DNA from: Rhizaria sp. SCN 62-66
Taxonomy: Eukaryota
Direction: 5' to 3'
NCBI GenBank assembly: GCA_001724265.1
Contig: MEDY01000253.1
Coordinates: 1-44,295 of the forward strand
Length of the DNA stretch: 44,295 nucleotides
Part shown: positions 13,201 to 19,200 of the stretch, one piece after another
How the letters are laid out: each line of letters opens with the position of its first letter
Numbering within the stretch: the stretch's first letter is position 1
Translations under genes and position numbers: made by a program
The notes under the pieces: generated by a model
What the model saw: only the letters and a program-made list of their open reading frames with translations
Database searches by the model: none
Told to the model about the DNA's origin: nothing

Positions 13201-16200
13201 CGATCGCGTACGCCGCGACGGCGGGCCCGAGCGCATTATCCGTGCGCGCGGCGACGACTGAGGCTGCTCACGCCGAGTTTTCCGTGCAGGTGCTGCGCGC
13301 GATCGTCGTGCTTGTGGAGGCGCTGGGCGATGCCATGCCGCAGCAGCACCGCCGCGTGCTGATGCGCTACGCATGGACCGCGCTGCGCAGCGGCCGCGAG
13401 CTGCACAAGGCCTGGGCCTACGTTGCGCTGGGCCGCTTCACGAGCTTCTACGACCACTCGTCGCGCCTGCCCATGCAGGTGTACGTGCTGCTGCTCAAGG
13501 ACTACAAGGTGGATGAGCCCGCGCGCGTGCTGCTGCGGCGCGCCATCGACCTGCTTCTGCCGGGGCTCTCGGTGCGCTCGCAGTCGCCCAACGGGCGCAC
13601 GCCGCAGTGGATCAAGTGGACGAAGCGGCTCGTGGTGCAGGAGCACTCGTCGTCGGACCACCTGTTCCACATCTGGCGCGTGCTCGCCGCGCACCCGCTG
13701 CTCTTCTACCCCGCGCGCTCGCAGCTCGTGCTCACACTCGTCAACTCACTCTCGCGCATCGGGCTCTCGCCCAGCCGCTCCTTCGAGCACCGCCGATTGT
13801 GCATCGACCTGGCCTCGCTCGTCGTGCTCTGGGACGAGATCGCGCTCGCCGAGCACAAGCGCCACACCGCCGCCGTCGAGCACAACAAGGCCGTCTGCGA
13901 GCGCTACCGCAAGCACCGCGACGCCGAGGCCGCCAACCGCACGCCCGCGCAGTCGCTGACGATTTCTGTCGGCGCTGACGGCGCCTCCTCTGCGGCATCG
14001 CAGGCGGCGACCGCGATGACTGACGGCGACGCCGCTGTCCTCGCCAGCTCCGCGCCGGTGAGGGAGTCGGAGCTGCCCGCGGAGTGGGCGGCGCAGTTGC
14101 TGGTGGTGCCGCGCGCGCCGACATCGCTGCCGGTGTGCATCACTGCCGAGGTGGACACGCAGTACTCGCTGCAGACGATCGAGCTCATCACACTCTTCCT
14201 GATCCGCTTCGCGCTGGCCAATTGTCACGAGGATCGCATGCGTCCGCTGGGCAAGCGTGCCGTGCGCACGCTGAACCGCGCGCTTATGCTCTGGGGCCAC
14301 CTCGGTGACGTGCGCTTCACGTCGATCGAGCGCCACGTCTCGGGCGCCATCAACGGGCCCGAGTACACGGCCGTGCTGTCGTACTCGCTCGACATTGCCA
14401 ACCTGCTCGTGGCGCGCAAGCTACCCAGCTGGACGGCGGCCAGCGCGGCGTCGATGCTCAACCTCATCCAGCAATGTATTAAGGTTAATCACGAGAAGTT
14501 CCGTGTGGGCCTCTTCACGCTCTGCCGGCGCCTGGTGCACATCTTCCCGCCCTTCGACGCCGTGCCTGCCGTGGGACTGCCGCTGGCCGGTGTGGACCCG
14601 GCGAGCAAGCAGATGCGCGTGCCGATTTCGGTGCTTCTGCCGCCCGCGATGCAGCAGCTCTACAGCGAGCTGCAGGACGTGCTATATCAGGGCCTCGTCA
14701 ACCTAGACAAGAGCACCATTCAGACGCTGGTGGGCATGCTCGACGTGCTCACCGACGCCGCTCCGGCGTTTATCGACTGGGACGCGCTGCTCATGGCCGT
14801 GATCAAGACGCTCCCGCGTCTCATGACCGAGTACACGAACCTGCAGCAGCCCGGAGCGCAGCTGTCGGTGGAGATGCGTATGTTCCTATACTCGCTCAAC
14901 CAGACTATCCCCAAGGTCGTCATGATCGCCCAGCGCCGCCGTACGCCGCTCGTGACCGAGGTCCGCAAGTCGCTGCTCATGCACGTCGTGCATATCTTTG
15001 ACAGCACCAGCGACGCCGACATGCTCAACCCGATCACGGAGATTCTGTCCGACTGGTTCATCGCCGCGTATCCGCTGCCCGAAGGACTCGAGCTCTTCCC
15101 GGGCTTCATGCCACGCCCGCGCTTGACGCGGCCCTACGTCTCGGCGCGTGTGTCGCCCTCGGTGAACCCGGGCGCAATTCGCCTCACGTGCAAGGAGTCT
15201 CTATCGCTGTTGGTTAAGATCGGCCGCCTGCTCTCGCACCAGGAGGACTCGCTCATTCTCACTTTCCTGTCGCTGCTCATGCGTTTCTTCGTTTTCATCG
15301 AGCTCTCGCTCGCGAATAGCCCAGCGAACAATGTGCGTCCCGAGTGGATCACGCGGTTGCAGTCGACGTACATGTCGGCGCTCACCTGCGGCATTCCCGG
15401 CGTCGCGCGCGTCTTCGCCAACATGTGGCACTCGCGCATCGGTCTCACGCCCTTTGATCGCCTTAACCAGATCCTCACTATCGTTGACTGGGACGCCGTG
15501 TCTAACACGTATTGGCTCTCTCTCGGTGTCGACCTGCTGCTCACGCTGCTTGACGGCGCACCCGTGCTCGAGACGGAGGCCTGGGCTTCCAAGGCGCTGC
15601 CGCTCGTCTCGGCTGTGCCTTCGTCCGGCGTGCCCGGGCTTTTGCCGGCCTCGCGCCTCGCGCAGCTTGCCGTCACTGCGGGCGCGCCCGTTGGTCCTGC
15701 GCTCCCACTGACGACCTCGCGCGCGGCGCTTGCTGCCGCGGCTGCAGCGCCCTATGCGGCGCCCATTGTCGACGTCGCTGCGCAGACACGCGACGACACG
15801 CTGTTGGCGCTGCGCGATGGGCTTGAGCTCACCAACACAGCGGCGCTACTGCCCGCATACATCGGCCTCTCGTCGCACCTGTCGGCGCCCGCGCACGCTT
15901 CGCGCACGTCGTCGTCGATCGCGCCGACGCCCGTGCACGTGCCTTCTCTGCGTGACCTGCGCCCCGCGCGCTACGCCGGTGACGCTCTCTCCGCTGCGCG
16001 CACGGCCTCTCTTGTCGCCACCACCTCGGCGTCGTCGCTGGCGTCGGCTCACAGCACCGTCTCGGCCGCCAACGGCGTTGCGCCCTCGGCGCGCCGCGTG
16101 GACCACTCTGTCGCGACGCTTGCAGGCACGCTCACTACGCTCACGCACACGCCCGCGCTGCCATCGCTCGTCGAGAGTGTTCGCAGCAGCAAGCCGCCCG

Positions 16201-19200
16201 GGACTGGACTCGTGGGGCCTGACAATATTGGCGGCACGGAGCTGCTGCTGCCGCAGGTGGCCGCGCCGCCGCCCGCGGGCATGGTTTACGCACCCACGGT
16301 GCCTGCGCCCGGCTCGTTCTCACAGGAGGCTGCAGCGCTGCGCTTGTCGCACGCGCGCGCGTTGGCTCAGGCCGAACGCGCCGAGACGGCCGCGCTGGCG
16401 CCCTCGGTGGCGCTGACGGCGCAGGACCGCTGGTCCGTTTCGCACCGCCTGGTGACGCGTCACGCGTCGTTCCTGACGTACGCCGCACAGTACTCGACGA
16501 CAAGCTCGCTCATCTCGGCGCTGCGCTCGTACGTGACGTGCGAGTGGCTTGTGGCTCACACGCTCTGGCGCGCGCTCTTCCCGGCCGTGTGGGCTGTTAT
16601 CTCTGAGTCGCAGCGCCAGCACCTCACCCAGTCGCTGCACGTGCTATTCTCCAAGGAGTTCCATCGCAAGACGCAGTTCGAGCGGCCCAACGTCGTGCAG
16701 ACGCTCGTTGATGGCTTCTACGCCTGTATTGACCGCCCGCACCTGCTCCCGCGTCTGTCGGCCGACCTGCTGCGTCACCTAGCCGTCACGAACAACGTCT
16801 GGATGCCCATTATGTCGATGCTGGAGACGCGCCTGGTGCGCAACGTTCACGAGCCGCAGGTAGTGCGCGCCTCTGCTGCTCACGGCCACAGCGGCGGCTT
16901 CGCGGGCTCGCATGGCCACTCGATGCACGCGTCGGCCGCCGACGCGCTCGTTGAGATCTACTCGGCGCTGTCGGAGCGCGACATGTGGGCGGGGCTGTGG
17001 CGCCACCGGCTCATCCTGGAGACGTCGCGCTCCGCCATCACGTACTCACAGATGGGCCAGTGGTCGCAGGCGCAGGATCACTACCTGGCCGCGATGCGGC
17101 GCTACTCGCAGCTGCTGCAGCAGCAGATGCAGGCCGCGCCCATGCAGCACATCGAGATGGCGCCTAACGACAATCTGCGCGTGTGCACGGGCGCTGAGAC
17201 GCGTCTGTGGGAGGACGAGTGGGTGCGTTCGATGCAGCACCTCAACCAGTGGGACGTGCTGTCCGAGGTCGCCGCGCACTCGCTCGTGCCCGAGCAGCAG
17301 CTCGACTGTGCCTGGCGCCTCGGCCGCTGGGAGATGACACAGGACATTTTCCGCCGCTACGACCTGCACGAGTCGCCCAAGTGCAAGCTCTACCAGCTAC
17401 ACATGCGCCTCGAGAGCGCGGCCTCCGCGCTTGCGCTGGCCGCCGATCCCCAGGAGCGTGGCAAGCCCGACGTGGCGCGCCTCGTGCCCACAGCCGAGAA
17501 CGTGCAGGAGTTCGAGCGCATCTCCGAGCAGTCGCTGTTTTACGCCATCCAAGAGTGGCAGCTGCTGCCGACCTTTGCCTTGGACGCGCACGTGCCCATG
17601 CTGCACCGCCTGCAGCGTCTCGTCGACGCTCAGGAGTCGATCGCGCTCGTCGCCGACGCCACGGACGTGCGCCGCGCCGTCATCTCAGACGCGCTGGTGG
17701 ACCCCGTGACCAAGGAGCGCTCGCTGCTGCAGCAGGCTGCGCAGCTCACGTCGCCGATGCTTGCCAAGACGCGGCGCATCACCACGGCTTGGCGCGACCG
17801 CGTGCCCAACTCGTGGGACGACCTGCTGGTGTGGGGCGACATCATGTCGTGGCGCTCGCTGCTGCTTGTCTACCTCCGCGACGCGCTGCCGCAGCTCACA
17901 CTCGACCCTTCGCTGCGCTCCGCCAACGGACTCGCGTCGCCTACGCAGGAGCTCTCGTGGTCGCTCGTCCGCTTCGCGCAGGCTGCGCGCAAGCAGGGCG
18001 CCTTCGACACGGCCGTGGCCGCCCTCACCAAGCTTGCCGGTGTGTCGTCCTCGCCGCTGATTCCGACTATTCCCGCCGCGCTGATGCCGCAGCGTGTGCA
18101 GACGCCGGGCGCCCCGCAGCAGCCCGCACTGCAGCCGCTGACTGTGTCTGAGCCCTCGGACATGTTCGCCTCCGTCTCCGAGCAGGCCAAGGCGGCTGCC
18201 GCGATCAACGAGCAGGTCTCTGCACTTGCCCTCGTCGCGGGCTGCCGCTTCGACCTGGTGACGAGCGACGCTCAGCGCGCCGAGATCTTGCGTCTGCGTG
18301 CCGAGGCGCTCAAGGAGTTAGGCTTCGGCGACGAGTCGAACCTTGCCTTCTCGTCCTCACTGTCGGTGTCGCCGACGTACGGCCGCGGATGGACGGCGTG
18401 GGGTCAGTTCTGCGACCGCGTTTTCGCGCTCAAGCACGAGCCCATGTGGGCGGACAACGCCATCGTGTGCTTCCTGCTCGGCGCGGCGTGGCGCGACCCC
18501 AAGGCCCTGCTCGCCATGCCGCGCGTCTTCTGGCTGCTCTACACTGACGCGCTGCACCACGACACGCTTAAGGTGCAGCACACAGCGCAGCTCGAGGCGC
18601 ACGCTGCGGCCACGCGCGCGGCGCAAGCCGAGGGCAAGGACCCGCCCGCGGCGCCGCTCGAGCCCGGCACGTCGTCGGTCGCGGCGTCGTTCCAGCGCAT
18701 GTGGGAGCAGTGCCAGCTTTCTGTCTGGCTGGGCTGGCTGCCACAGCTTGTGTCGGCCATCTCGCGCTCCGAGGGCACGGTGTTGCGGCCTGTGCTGGTG
18801 GCGCTGGGGATGAAGCTGTGTCCACAGAACGTGTACCAGGTTCTGCGCGCGGCCTACTTTGACTACCGCGAGACGGTGCTGCACATGCAGCAGACGAGCG
18901 AGGCGCCGCCGCAGAACAGCGTTTACTTGGCAGCCTTCCATCGCACGGACGAGATAATTCACGTCGTGCGCGAGGTTCACCCGCTGCTACTCTTGCAGCT
19001 GGATCGCATCTCGGACGAGATTGCGCGCCGCTTCAAGGCCGAGCCCGACGAGGACCTCCTGCCCATCCTCTACTCCGTCCTGGAGAAGTGCTTCCGCATT
19101 GGAATGGCCGTCCCGCGCGGCGACGGCGTGCTGCTGTCGACGTGCACGTCGCTCGAGCGCATCTGCCACCGCTACCTCACCGTCGACCATCAGACGCTCA